From: a virus
Virus record (IMG/VR): IMGVR_UViG_3300036940_000089
Length of the DNA stretch: 44,831 nt
Reading direction: 5' to 3' (one strand)
Part shown: piece after piece, positions 31,696-40,509 of the stretch
Position numbering within the stretch: the stretch's first letter is position 1
Layout of the letters: each line of letters opens with the position of its first letter
The notes under the pieces: model-generated
The model's database searches: none
Told to the model about the DNA's origin: nothing
What the model saw: only the letters and a program-made list of their open reading frames with translations
Translations under genes and position numbers: made by a program

Positions 31696-32145
31696 TTACA
31701 GAGCGTCAGGATAGGCGACGTTGTACGGCACGTCACTGGTCAGGAAAGCATTGACCTTGCCAGCTGTAACGGCTTCAACCGCAGTGGTCTGCAAAACGCC
31801 GAGATACCGCTCGTAAGTGCCTTGAGGAAGTTTCACGGCGCATACCTGATACCCTTCGACCAAAGTGGCCTGCGCAATGGCTGAGGTGCTGAAATGGTAC
31901 GTTGCGCTGCCGTCTGCGGCAATAGCGGCCTGGGCGTCGGAACACAGATGGAACTGCACGGTAACGCCATCGCCAGCGGAATCGACATCGGTGTCAACCT
32001 CGATGACAAGATACAGGTCTTCCCCAACGCCGGGGTTGCCAGGGACAGCGGTCATGTCAATGACATCGCCGATCAGATACGAGCCAGCCGCCCCCGTATT
32101 GAGGGCGGTGGCATCGCAAAATTCGTTGCGTTCGTCGAGAATCAT
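31696..32145 (-). CDS. Capsid decoration/cement protein (Bbp16-like)
   Basis: 149 aa directly after the major capsid gene. Acidic beta-rich sequence (DLYLVIEVDTDVDSAGDGVTVQFHLCSD...). Assigned by synteny and size relative to BPP-1-like phages. Confidence 0.5.
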   Translation of the reverse strand: MILDERNEFCDATALNTGAAGSYLIGDVIDMTAVPGNPGVGEDLYLVIEVDTDVDSAGDGVTVQFHLCSDAQAAIAADGSATYHFSTSAIAQATLVEGYQVCAVKLPQGTYERYLGVLQTTAVEAVTAGKVNAFLTSDVPYNVAYPDAL

Positions 32146-32160
32146 ATTTGCTCCTTTATC

Positions 32161-33159
32161 TTAAATGCCGGATTCGGTGTTCAGAATGGCGTCACAGCGT
32201 CGTACCGGGATGCCGTCGAACATGGTGACATGCTTGCCTGCTACCTGCTCCATGGTCAGCGTAGACGATGCCACTTTGTTCATGATCTGACGCCGCAGGA
32301 AACTTTTGACGGTGCGATTACAGTAGAAGGCAGGACGGCCCATGGACAGCGAGGGGATAATTTCCACAGCCTGGGTCATCAGGTCGATGAGGTCGGGGCC
32401 GGAAGAGGCGTTTTTAACCAGGTCTTCCTGGTCAATGTTGATACGGCACACATACCGCCAGTCCCGCACAGTCAAGCCGCAGTCCCAACGGTAATGGCTG
32501 CGGTAGGCTTCCATGCGCCCCCCGCTGCCGTCAACGTCCTCGATGGTAACCTGCCCCTTGTCCTCATGTTGCAGACCTGCCTTGGAGCCTTTGGGATAAA
32601 TGCCGTGTATGGTGTTCGGGCCCCAAACGACAAGCCAGATAGAAGTGTTATCGGAGCCGTCAGGGGTGGCGGCAGAGGTCAGGATGTTGTCGCCGTTTTG
32701 TGCGCTCTGATCGTTGAACCGCGGGGAGAAGCCCGTAAAGGCTTCGGGTTCGGTGGACTCATTGCCGTAAAAGAGGGTGGAAGAAAACTCGTTATTCATC
32801 CCCTCGATGTGGGCGCGGTCCTCAGACAGCCGGAATGATGCGGTGTTCCCGTTCAGATCGGCAAGAGCCTTGTCAACTTCGGCATAAGCTTCGAGCATAC
32901 CGCAGGTGTCGGTAATCTGCGCGGTGGTCGATTTTGTCGGCTGCACGCCACCGTACAGCTTACGCCAGGTCGGAGTCGGAAGACCGGTGCGGATGGTGGT
33001 CCGATGGCCGGTTGGGAGGTTGCCTTCAAGCCAGACCATATCCTGCAAAATTTCGTTGGTCTGGTTCAACATTTCGGCAATAGTGTCAATTTTGCCGTTG
33101 GGGTCCAGCCGCTTGGTTATGTCAAGCAGCGTCGGGTGAGTAGTTGCAAGTGTGCTCAT
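32161..33159 (-). CDS. Major capsid protein (HK97-fold, BPP-1/podovirus type)
   Basis: 332 aa following the scaffold gene. LDITKRLDPNGKIDTIAEMLNQTNEILQDMVWLEGNLPTGHRTTIRTGLPTPTWRKLYGGV is a recurrent major capsid N-terminal pattern in this phage group. Confidence 0.8.
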   Translation of the reverse strand: MSTLATTHPTLLDITKRLDPNGKIDTIAEMLNQTNEILQDMVWLEGNLPTGHRTTIRTGLPTPTWRKLYGGVQPTKSTTAQITDTCGMLEAYAEVDKALADLNGNTASFRLSEDRAHIEGMNNEFSSTLFYGNESTEPEAFTGFSPRFNDQSAQNGDNILTSAATPDGSDNTSIWLVVWGPNTIHGIYPKGSKAGLQHEDKGQVTIEDVDGSGGRMEAYRSHYRWDCGLTVRDWRYVCRINIDQEDLVKNASSGPDLIDLMTQAVEIIPSLSMGRPAFYCNRTVKSFLRRQIMNKVASSTLTMEQVAGKHVTMFDGIPVRRCDAILNTESGI

Positions 33160-33233
33160 GTTTTACCTTTCTCTCTGCCATCACGACAGTGAATATATGT
33201 GCGGCCCTGTCTCTCGACGGTCCATGTTCGTTA

Positions 33234-33860
33234 TCAGTTCATGTCCGGATACAAAATGTGTTCTGGGGTCTTCTCGCCCCCGCCGACGCCTCCCTGCGGA
33301 CTGTCCTCAGAGAGCTTCTCGCCGATTTTTGACAATAGCTTGACCAAAACGGGAGAATTCCCCATGCCAGACTCATCAAGCCACTTACCAACTTCCTCAT
33401 CCGCAAAAGTTTTCAACGTCTGGTTGGCAAGCCGCAGGGCCTCATCGTACTTCTCTTTGCCCATCTCCGACGCCATCTGCTTGAGCCCTTCTTGCATCTG
33501 TGCATCGGCTTGTTCCCGCAATTTCTCCGGCAGGTTGCCCATCCGCTCCACGTCGAACTTAACGAGCGCATTCACCTGTTCTTGGGTCAATCCGGCCTCT
33601 TTCGCAACTGGCGCGAAGGCTTCAAAAGTGGTGCTATCAATTTCCACACCTTCGGGGGCCGTGTATTCCTCCGGGGCTTGCGGGCCTTTCAAGGCGTCCT
33701 GCAATGCCTCAAACGAGTCGTAGCCCTTCATCGACTCGCGGTATTCTTCCGGCAATGCGTCTGCCCAATGACTTTGGTTTTCGCCTCCCTGCTCTTGGCT
33801 AACCTCTGTCGCTTCCGTTCCCTGGTCGGTTCCGGTGTCAAGTGCTGATTCTTCGCTCAT
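33234..33860 (-). CDS. Scaffolding protein
   Basis: 208 aa, very acidic and helical (about 25% D/E). Positioned between the portal-proximal genes and the major capsid gene. Confidence 0.65.
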   Translation of the reverse strand: MSEESALDTGTDQGTEATEVSQEQGGENQSHWADALPEEYRESMKGYDSFEALQDALKGPQAPEEYTAPEGVEIDSTTFEAFAPVAKEAGLTQEQVNALVKFDVERMGNLPEKLREQADAQMQEGLKQMASEMGKEKYDEALRLANQTLKTFADEEVGKWLDESGMGNSPVLVKLLSKIGEKLSEDSPQGGVGGGEKTPEHILYPDMN

Positions 33861-34129
33861 TAGTCCTCCATGGATATCTGTGTCAATTCAAGGCCGCGTT
33901 GCTCCAACTCAAGCAAGCCTTGATAGCTTCGTTTGTCCAGTGCGTTGAGGATCTTCAACCCGATAGCGCGCATCCCCTCATTGTAAAACGTCTGGCTGTT
34001 GCCGGTCATGCTCGGCTCAAATACGCCGCACTCACGAAGCAGGTCTTCAAGTACTCTTTGCCCGTGCGGTGTGGCAAGAAATGTGCGTCGGTAATCCTCA
34101 CGCATCCTGCGGATGGCGTCCTTATCCAT
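33860..34129 (-). CDS. Small conserved head-module protein (Bbp19-like), 89 aa
   Basis: Coupled to its neighbours by TGATG and TAATG overlaps. Assigned by position only. Confidence 0.45.
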   Translation of the reverse strand: MDKDAIRRMREDYRRTFLATPHGQRVLEDLLRECGVFEPSMTGNSQTFYNEGMRAIGLKILNALDKRSYQGLLELEQRGLELTQISMED

Positions 34130-34368
34130 CAGTAAAGTGCCACAATATCAGTCGCGGTTGTGCCTGTTGACCACACTCGCGTTACTTCCATGCTGATATA
34201 CCCATCGGTTGCAGGCCAAACAAAGGTGTCGCCCAAGATCGTGGTAATCTTTACCGTCCCGTAACCTCCTACCCATAGCGATCTTGCAGGCCTAGGAAGG
34301 TCGGTGTCGTCGGCAGGTGTTACGAGGAAGCCGCCTGCCCCTGCGGATATCGAGCCATTCGGTTGCAT
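34129..34368 (-). CDS. Hypothetical head-module protein (79 aa)
   Basis: ATG 34368 follows AAGGAGAAGAC. Confidence 0.5.
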   Translation of the reverse strand: MQPNGSISAGAGGFLVTPADDTDLPRPARSLWVGGYGTVKITTILGDTFVWPATDGYISMEVTRVWSTGTTATDIVALY

Positions 34369-34377
34369 GTCTTCTCC

Positions 34378-36042
34378 TTATACTGCTGGCAATTTGTCCA
34401 ACAGACCGTTTAATGCCGTGTCTTCTCCGGTAGGGGTTTGCCCTAAATCCTTCGCCGCTTTTGCCGCCTGTGACGCCTGCTCCATCATCATTTGTTGAGC
34501 CTGCGCTTGCTTGCGTTGCTGCCGCATCTCTGCCGCTTCGTCGTCGCTCCGTAGCATCTTCGGGTCAGCCCCAGCAAGGTCGGCGTATTCTTCCAGCATG
34601 GCATCAAAATTAACGCGGTCGAGAACTTCCGGATTGAAATTCGCAAGGTTCCCGGCAAACATGGCCGTCCTCTCTATCGCTTGCGTTCCGACTGCTTTCT
34701 GCGCCTGGGCGAGCAAAGACGTGTATTCAACCTTGATTTCCTGCCCCTGTATCTCCCTCGGAGGCTCCGGCAGGCGGCCGTTACGCATTAAAATATCGAA
34801 CACGCGGTCTACCAGAGGTGAAAGGAACTCGCTGTTCTGCCGCTCTAGGACAGGCCCGAGAATGGCGAGCTTTTCTTCATGCCTTCGCGCCACCTCCGTG
34901 GCTGTCATGTTTTTGTCTTCGAGGATCATCAGGAACAGATCGTTGAAAAATCCCTGCCTTATCCTGTTTTCTACCTCGCGTATTTCGGAAGCGACCGCGC
35001 CAATGTCCGGCGTAATCTGCACGGTCGACCGTATAATTTCGTTTTCCTTGGCGTTGACATAGTTCTGCGCATTTGGGAGCAGCGACAGCCTGCCTTTAAA
35101 GCTCGATGGTATGTTCATCGGTGGGTTGACAACCTTGTCAATCGACGCGAGCTTGTCACGCTCCAACTTCTGCAGCATCTTTATATCGCCCAACATCTCC
35201 ATGCCGGGGCAATTAGAGCCGTAAGCGTCTTCTCCCACCACCTCCCAACGCGGGAACATGGCAGGCTGGGTATTGAACCCGCTCTCTTTTAGAAACGAGT
35301 CCTCCGGAGCCCCGTCCTCCCAATAGACCGAGGCCCAAGGCATGTTGTCAGACCCGGCTTTGTTGGGGTCGTAGTCCTTGCGCGGAAAGACGGCGTTAAT
35401 TACTCGCACCTGCGCGTCTGGATTCTTTTCTGCAAGGTTGCGCGTATGCGGAGAGCAGTTGTTAAGCCCGAACTGTTCCGCTACCGTCCTTGCGGTCATC
35501 CAGTACCACCTGAAGCCCGTGTCAACACTCCCTGCATGGTCTGTGGCCAGCGTGTAGCTGCCGACCGTCCAAGGTACACAGCGGATCATCTTCTTAGGAT
35601 CTTCGTAGACGGCAAAAGGTCCGGTGCCGAACACTACCTGCTCTAAAAACGGCGTATGCACGGCACTGTAGAAGTTTGACCGCGTAAACACTCCGTACAT
35701 CACCTGTTGCACATCGTGCAGCCACCGCCTAGCGGGCTCCCAATCGTTCATATCCTCGTCCCACAGGCTCAGCTTCAGCCACGGGAGTGAGTGCGGTACC
35801 AGCCCCCCTTTGAGACCAGACACGGCAATGGAAACAGCGCGGGAAGCCGATCCGTTAATGATTTTGCTGTGCTTGTACTTGTCGCCCTTGCCAGCCTGCG
35901 TATTCCGGTCAACAAATCGCCCATGTCGTGGGAGAATAAAATCAGCTAGGTCTTTCCAATGCGAGTGCCAGTCCGCGTCGTCGCTGTCCCTCTTGAGTTT
36001 GTACCGCCGCTTGAGCCGGCGTATGCCTTCGGATGTAATCAT
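34378..36042 (-). CDS. Portal (head-to-tail connector) protein, podovirus type
   Basis: 554 aa downstream of terL. N-terminal HWKDLADFILPRHGRF...INGSASRAVSIAVSGLKGGL and a C-terminal Q/A/K-rich tail are typical of T7-gp8-like connectors. Confidence 0.8.
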   Translation of the reverse strand: MITSEGIRRLKRRYKLKRDSDDADWHSHWKDLADFILPRHGRFVDRNTQAGKGDKYKHSKIINGSASRAVSIAVSGLKGGLVPHSLPWLKLSLWDEDMNDWEPARRWLHDVQQVMYGVFTRSNFYSAVHTPFLEQVVFGTGPFAVYEDPKKMIRCVPWTVGSYTLATDHAGSVDTGFRWYWMTARTVAEQFGLNNCSPHTRNLAEKNPDAQVRVINAVFPRKDYDPNKAGSDNMPWASVYWEDGAPEDSFLKESGFNTQPAMFPRWEVVGEDAYGSNCPGMEMLGDIKMLQKLERDKLASIDKVVNPPMNIPSSFKGRLSLLPNAQNYVNAKENEIIRSTVQITPDIGAVASEIREVENRIRQGFFNDLFLMILEDKNMTATEVARRHEEKLAILGPVLERQNSEFLSPLVDRVFDILMRNGRLPEPPREIQGQEIKVEYTSLLAQAQKAVGTQAIERTAMFAGNLANFNPEVLDRVNFDAMLEEYADLAGADPKMLRSDDEAAEMRQQRKQAQAQQMMMEQASQAAKAAKDLGQTPTGEDTALNGLLDKLPAV

Positions 36043-36491
36043 CCAACCTCCAACGCCTGAGAATTGCGCTTGCGCCGCCGGTAGTTCATCTCCGTCGCCA
36101 GGCGGCTGCGTGCATTTCCTGTCTGTTGCCTATACACAGCGGCAGCTGTCTCCCTATCGCCAGTCTGGGGGACATGCGTTTTCAGACCGCTCAGGGCAGT
36201 TTTTTTCTGCTGCCCTTTGTTGTCGCGAAACGGCTTCAGCGTACCGTCGGACAGGTCTACAAACAATTTTTTAGACCCCCACAACGGGAACGGCGTCTTC
36301 TCTGCTGGTTCCCGATCCACCGGTTGGGCTGCGGTTTCATTGCGCTTCTTGCCGTACAGCTGCGTGCTACTCATCCCTAGCGCCGCTGTTTTTGCCTCAT
36401 ACGCTTGCGACAACGCCAGAGCTTTGCGCTTAGCTTTTTTTTCCTCGACTTCGGGGTCGGATTGTTCTGGAGTGTCCGGCGAACCGCCCAT
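36039..36491 (-). CDS. Hypothetical basic protein between terL and portal (150 aa)
   Basis: ATG 36491 follows AGGAGGCAAC; its stop overlaps the portal ATG. Confidence 0.55.
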   Translation of the reverse strand: MGGSPDTPEQSDPEVEEKKAKRKALALSQAYEAKTAALGMSSTQLYGKKRNETAAQPVDREPAEKTPFPLWGSKKLFVDLSDGTLKPFRDNKGQQKKTALSGLKTHVPQTGDRETAAAVYRQQTGNARSRLATEMNYRRRKRNSQALEVG

Positions 36492-36499
36492 GTTGCCTC

Positions 36500-38050
36500 C
36501 TATAGATTTGCAAACGGGTCGTAGCTCTCCTGACCCTTGTTTAACTCGTCGTAAAACCCGCCGATCGCGTCGGGGTCCGGAAAATCCGCACCTAGATCCG
36601 GGTCAACTATCCGAGCAATATTGTCCAGCATGTCATCATGGATGCAGACCGGGAAACATATGTATTCCTCGTCGACGAAGAGCTTTACATAGTCAGCCAT
36701 CTTCCCATCGTGCAACATAAACGGCAGATGGTGCGGCATCCAAAACCGACCGTTTTCAAATATCGGGATCAGCTTGCGGATGCGGTCGAACTTAGGCATC
36801 GGGCCGCCAAGCGGCGTTATGTCGAAGTGGTAGGTCTCTTGATGCTGCTTATCCTCAATATGCTCAATGTCAGAGTCCTTACCGTATTTCTCATATCCGA
36901 CAGCCAGCGGACGATACTTTTTATGGAACTCAAACAACTTCTTAGTGCGCTCCGTCAAATTAAGACGATCTCGAATGCCGTCAATGAGGTAATAGTTCCG
37001 ATCAGGGCCAAGCCCTATGACCACCATTGAGGTGTAGTCGGAGCCTTTCTTTTTTTCTCCTGCTGGGTCTACCAAAATGTAGCGGTTAAATAGGTCGCTC
37101 TCAATGGACGGATAGAACCGCAACCAATCCAGTTGAAACCCTTGTGCTTCGTCGGCTGTTGGATTTTGCAGCATCTGACACCCGAAAACATACGGCCCCA
37201 TGTCCCGCCGCTTCCCAGCAAGAGACTCGGCAGACAAAAAAACCGGCTTGCCGTCTGGCTTGCCGGTATCTGTTGCCGGATAGATGCGTGGTGTTACCGC
37301 CTCGCGCTCCATCATGGATCTGTATGTGTCGTTAAAGTGGTACCGCGTACCTATATGCCGCCGCCTGCCTCCGTGCGCCCCAAGGTTTAGCGACACCGCC
37401 CACCGCTCTGTGACCTTAGCGATCATTTCGGGAGTTGTTACAGACTCCAGGGTGACAACATCGTCATAGACTAGTAAATTAAAATGCTTCGACGTCGGCT
37501 GCCCGTCCACAAGCCCCCACGCCTCTACTGTGGCCTCTTTTGGATTGCCTTTACGTTTGACGATAATGCCGCTATCTAGAGACCATTTTGGGGCCTCGCG
37601 ACGTGGGTTGTCCCACAACACATCAGGGTAGACCTCCTTGAGCAGGGTGTTATGCTCAAACTCCTGCATGATCTGCGCTAAAAACGCTTTAGCGATAGGA
37701 CGTGTGCAGGAAAATATCCCGGCGGTAACCTCCTGGCTCCAGTGAAACGAGTCCGCGCTGTGTGAGTCGAGAACGTCTTGTATCGTCCGCCCGAACGTTA
37801 TCAGCGTCGATTTATAATGCTCTCGCGCCCACAGATCTAAATAGCCGTCCGGTCTCTGCTGCACCTCACTGCACCGGTCAAACAACCAGTCACGATCGAT
37901 GTCCCGACGATGAAGCAACCTTGTCAGCAGGAAAAACAAATCACGCCGCCCGAGCTCATTCATCGTCTTGACGATGCAGCCGTCCTTTTCCGCATCATGA
38001 AGGATGTCAGCATAAAATTCATTCGCTTGTTTTCTGCTCGTAAATTTCAT
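36500..38050 (-). CDS. terL: Terminase large subunit
   Basis: Deviant Walker A WAREHYKST, Walker B LLVYDDVV, and a C-terminal nuclease-like region with acidic residues (ILVDPAGE..., CIHDDMLD). Start set at ATG 38050, which follows GGCGGAGAAAATGC. Confidence 0.85.
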   Translation of the reverse strand: MKFTSRKQANEFYADILHDAEKDGCIVKTMNELGRRDLFFLLTRLLHRRDIDRDWLFDRCSEVQQRPDGYLDLWAREHYKSTLITFGRTIQDVLDSHSADSFHWSQEVTAGIFSCTRPIAKAFLAQIMQEFEHNTLLKEVYPDVLWDNPRREAPKWSLDSGIIVKRKGNPKEATVEAWGLVDGQPTSKHFNLLVYDDVVTLESVTTPEMIAKVTERWAVSLNLGAHGGRRRHIGTRYHFNDTYRSMMEREAVTPRIYPATDTGKPDGKPVFLSAESLAGKRRDMGPYVFGCQMLQNPTADEAQGFQLDWLRFYPSIESDLFNRYILVDPAGEKKKGSDYTSMVVIGLGPDRNYYLIDGIRDRLNLTERTKKLFEFHKKYRPLAVGYEKYGKDSDIEHIEDKQHQETYHFDITPLGGPMPKFDRIRKLIPIFENGRFWMPHHLPFMLHDGKMADYVKLFVDEEYICFPVCIHDDMLDNIARIVDPDLGADFPDPDAIGGFYDELNKGQESYDPFANL

Positions 38051-38444
38051 GCATTTTCTCCGCCACAGCGGGGGATACCGAGTGATTAACATCTACAGCC
38101 CCGGCCACCTCGTGTTTCTCGGTATACAGCCCCGATGCTTTACCTCTGTTGACCTCTGCCGCGATGGCCGCTTGCCATTTCTGATCAGATTCGGCCAGGT
38201 CACGCAGGCGCTTTAAATCGTTTAGATGCTGCTCAAGGGTGACTTGCGCCTTCTCGGCAGCGGGGGCCTGCAGCTCTTTGACCCTTGAGGCGATCTTGGG
38301 GTTATCCATTAACTCCTTGGCCGTGCGATTGATACTCGCCGCTGACATTTTCCCAGCACTGTACGCCTGCCGGTAGGCCTCACTGGCGTTACCTGTCTCT
38401 ATATAGACAAGACAAAATTTTTCCTGTTTCGGCGTCAGTGCCAT
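38019..38444 (-). CDS. terS: Terminase small subunit (Terminase_2-like)
   Basis: MALTPKQEKFCLVYIETGNASEAYRQAYSAGKMSAASINRTAKELMDNPKIASRV is the classic TerS HTH N-terminus. Confidence 0.85.
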   Translation of the reverse strand: MALTPKQEKFCLVYIETGNASEAYRQAYSAGKMSAASINRTAKELMDNPKIASRVKELQAPAAEKAQVTLEQHLNDLKRLRDLAESDQKWQAAIAAEVNRGKASGLYTEKHEVAGAVDVNHSVSPAVAEKMHEIYEQKTSE

Positions 38445-38447
38445 AAC

Positions 38448-38621
38448 TCAATTCTTTCTTGCCTTCCGCGCCATCTTGTTCCCGCACTCGCCGCCGCGAC
38501 ACATGCACCGCCGCCCCTTATCCATAAACCGTCCCGCTGTGCAGTAGGCGCGGCAGTAAGCGGGATCAATGTCGGATTGATTCAAAATATTTTTCACTTT
38601 TTTTATTTTTCTTGTTGACAT
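38448..38621 (-). CDS. Possible small basic Cys-rich protein upstream of terS (57 aa)
   Basis: MSTRKIKKVKNILNQSDIDPAYCRAYCTAGRFMDKGRRCMCRGGECGNKMARKARKN. There is no clear SD and its ATG sits inside the -35 of the plus-strand promoter. The 155-aa track ORF is not credible. Confidence 0.3.
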   Translation of the reverse strand: MSTRKIKKVKNILNQSDIDPAYCRAYCTAGRFMDKGRRCMCRGGECGNKMARKARKN

Positions 38622-38643
38622 GCCGAACGGTGCGCGGTATAGT
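38615..38643 (+). promoter_or_regulatory. Near-perfect sigma70 promoter TTGACA-17 nt-TATAGT driving the plus-strand cassette
   Basis: Read directly: cttgTTGACAtgccgaacggtgcgcggTATAGTtt. The inverted repeat TAGTTT (38640-38645) / AAACTA (38662-38667) brackets the predicted start site. Confidence 0.75.
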
Positions 38644-38684
38644 TTAATCACAGTGAGGGACAAACTAACTAACAGGAGGACAAC

Positions 38685-38993
38685 ATGACTATCAGGGAAA
38701 TCATCACTAACAAAATCGCCGCTTCGAAACTCACGGACAGCGAGATCGCAGAAATGGCCTATGGTATCAACTATTTCTACCCGTTGGACTGCGGCATGAG
38801 CCGCGAGGACGCAATATGGTGGCGAGACAACCAGCAGGAATTTGTTGATCGTCTGGACGCCATCAAAAACCAAACCGCCAGCCGAGGCGAAATGGTTACG
38901 TGTTCCTGCGGTCACACCATCCCTAAAAATTTGGTTATGTCCACCAGCCTCGGGACCTCGTGCCAGGACTGCTACGACAAAATGAGCGTATAA
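38685..38993 (+). CDS. Hypothetical protein, cassette gene 1 (102 aa, C-terminal CxC...CxxC)
   Basis: ATG follows AACAGGAGGACAAC. No motif recognised apart from CSCGH...CQDC. Confidence 0.7.
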   Translation: MTIREIITNKIAASKLTDSEIAEMAYGINYFYPLDCGMSREDAIWWRDNQQEFVDRLDAIKNQTASRGEMVTCSCGHTIPKNLVMSTSLGTSCQDCYDKMSV

Positions 38994-39018
38994 TTACACA
39001 CCAACAGAGGAGGAAAGC

Positions 39019-39231
39019 ATGAATATCGAGTTTGTCGAAAAAGAACAAATCTGGCAAGAAGAGCAAACCCGCTATTGGTTTTCTGTCGACGGCGAAGAGT
39101 TCTGCATCGCCGACACAAACGGAGAAACTCAATTGCTCGACAGCGCCGGGTGCCCCATTGAGGACTGCAATGACCACAATAGGGTTAAAGCCGCCCTGAT
39201 TCCCGAATACAAAAAAAGGACCATGGATTAA
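39019..39231 (+). CDS. Hypothetical small acidic protein, cassette gene 2 (70 aa)
   Basis: ATG follows AGAGGAGGAAAGC. By my count about 16 D/E against 7 K/R. Confidence 0.7.
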   Translation: MNIEFVEKEQIWQEEQTRYWFSVDGEEFCIADTNGETQLLDSAGCPIEDCNDHNRVKAALIPEYKKRTMD

Positions 39232-39404
39232 TGACAAATTACGAATTTAAACAGGCCCAACTCCGGTTGGGCCTCACCAACCAGCAATTAGCCGACACTC
39301 TCAAGGTCTCCCTCCGTGCCGTCGAAATGTGGCGGCAGGGGGCTAGGCCAATTCCTGGCCCGGTAGAAGTTGCGATTAATCTAATGCTTAATCAGCCCCG
39401 CTAG
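39231..39404 (+). CDS. Small HTH (XRE/Cro-like) protein, cassette gene 3 (57 aa)
   Basis: MTNYEFKQAQLRLGLTNQQLADTLKVSLRAVEMWRQGARPIPGPVEVAINLMLNQPR. The ATG overlaps the upstream TAA. Below the ORF-track cutoff. Confidence 0.65.
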   Translation: MTNYEFKQAQLRLGLTNQQLADTLKVSLRAVEMWRQGARPIPGPVEVAINLMLNQPR

Positions 39405-39418
39405 TTCGGGGCTTTTTC
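39394..39418 (+). terminator. Rho-independent terminator closing the plus-strand cassette
   Basis: AGCCCCG-ctagtt-CGGGGCT followed by TTTTTC. In the opposite sense no U-tract follows the hairpin. Confidence 0.8.
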
Positions 39419-39430
39419 ATGCCGCGTCAT

Positions 39431-39535
39431 CTACACGCCACCGCCCTTTTTGCGTTGTGCGCACTGTTGGCACGCCTCAAAATCCAGCGGCTTGTCGCTC
39501 CATCGGCAGGTTTTGCAGTCCCGAGTTATCCCCAT
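39431..39535 (-). CDS. Possible tiny zinc-ribbon peptide (34 aa)
   Basis: MGITRDCKTCRWSDKPLDFEACQQCAQRKKGGGV, the plausible part of the 78-aa track ORF. Confidence 0.25.
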   Translation of the reverse strand: MGITRDCKTCRWSDKPLDFEACQQCAQRKKGGGV

Positions 39536-39639
39536 AGGACACACGCCATAATAACGCCGGAGGTTAGCCCAAACCCGCAGGCGGCAGATAAGGCCGCGAC
39601 ATGGGCCAAGGTGACGGCTATTTCGTAAACTATTTTCAT
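39526..39639 (-). CDS. Possible small hydrophobic peptide (37 aa)
   Basis: MKIVYEIAVTLAHVAALSAACGFGLTSGVIMACVLWG. The ATG overlaps the upstream stop (ATGA). Confidence 0.3.
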   Translation of the reverse strand: MKIVYEIAVTLAHVAALSAACGFGLTSGVIMACVLWG

Positions 39640-39980
39640 TCGCCCAGCCTCTCGATTTCAAAGTCAATGTATCGCCGCGCCTTTTTCAGATCCTCGATAG
39701 CGGCACCTTTTTTCCCAGCCCTTAGCACATACTTGACCACGTTGCCGAGGCAAAAATTTAACTCCCGCGTGATTTGAATAGCCTCGACCGGCTCCCCGCA
39801 TTTGCACCTGACTCCGGTATCCGTGTAGTGTGCTGGGTGGTTAACCATGTCGGCCAACTCGCCTTGCTTGTCGTGCGCCACTGTTGGCTGTCTTGATACG
39901 CAACCCTCATTACTGCACTGCAAAAAATTCCCGCTCCTCTCCAGTTCACTGCCGCAATAGCCACAACAAACAGCACCCAT
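39636..39980 (-). CDS. DUF3310-family phage protein with an N-terminal zinc ribbon (114 aa)
   Basis: VNHPAHYT...GVRCKCGEPVEAIQITRELNFCLGNVVKYVLRAGKKGAAIEDLKKARRYIDFEI matches the DUF3310 core. ATG 39980 follows GGGGAGGTGGAG. Confidence 0.65.
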   Translation of the reverse strand: MGAVCCGYCGSELERSGNFLQCSNEGCVSRQPTVAHDKQGELADMVNHPAHYTDTGVRCKCGEPVEAIQITRELNFCLGNVVKYVLRAGKKGAAIEDLKKARRYIDFEIERLGE

Positions 39981-40138
39981 CACTCCACCTCCCCGTAAAT
40001 ATCCCCGCCTCTGCACTCGCTCTGCGGCAACTCGCCACTCGCGATGAGGCACGCCTGCGGACATTTATGCCGGTCTTGGCATCCCCGGCAGCATGCGCCG
40101 TCTTTTCCCCTTATTTCGCAGCGGCAGCGTGTTTTCAT
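39980..40138 (-). CDS. Tiny Cys-rich protein (52 aa)
   Basis: MKTRCRCEIRGKDGACCRGCQDRHKCPQACLIASGELPQSECRGGDIYGEVE. ATGA and TGATG overlaps at its two ends. Confidence 0.4.
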   Translation of the reverse strand: MKTRCRCEIRGKDGACCRGCQDRHKCPQACLIASGELPQSECRGGDIYGEVE

Positions 40139-40341
40139 TTAATCCTCAAAATGTGACAGGCCTTGTTCGTGCATCTTCTGCGCTCTCCCTCCACCGTGGC
40201 GTTGTCCGTCCCGCACTCGCATACCCACTGGATAATTAGCAGGTAGCCGATAGGCACCTCGCCACCGCATTGTGCAGCTAGGTCGATGTAGTATTGCCGC
40301 CATTGTTCCGGTGTGGGCCATACGTCCATGCGCTGCTCCAT
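40135..40341 (-). CDS. Hypothetical protein (68 aa)
   Basis: Clean ORF containing CECG...C..KAC. The ATG directly follows a hairpin plus T-run. Confidence 0.5.
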   Translation of the reverse strand: MEQRMDVWPTPEQWRQYYIDLAAQCGGEVPIGYLLIIQWVCECGTDNATVEGERRRCTNKACHILRIK

Positions 40342-40378
40342 AAAAAGTGCCGCTGCTACTTTGGAGAGTAACAGCGGC
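40342..40378 (-). terminator. Terminator-like hairpin abutting the next start codon
   Basis: The minus sense reads GCCGCTGTTAC-tctccaaa-GTAGCAGCGGC, then acTTTTT, then ATG. The stem is 11 bp with one G.U pair. Confidence 0.45.
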
Positions 40379-40480
40379 TACAGGAGGAGGAGGGCCAGTG
40401 CTTACGCGCCACTGGCAGACGCCGCACGGCTAACACGGGTTGTCGCCGTTATATGCCCGTAGGCAGGATGTAACTGTCCA

Positions 40481-40509
40481 GAAAAGCAAAAGCCGCGCTT
40501 TCGCACGGC
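40481..40509 (-). terminator. Rho-independent terminator-like hairpin
   Basis: The minus sense reads GCCGTGC-gaaa-GCGCGGC followed by TTTTGCTTTTC. One mismatch in the stem. Confidence 0.5.

Noticed and set aside
38560-38690. A minus-strand late promoter (TTAGTT-16-TAAACT) back-to-back with the cassette promoter, upstream of terS
   Set aside because: The match is weak, it overlaps the much stronger plus-strand promoter, and there is no supporting feature. Whether late genes use read-through or a dedicated activator-dependent promoter cannot be told from the sequence.
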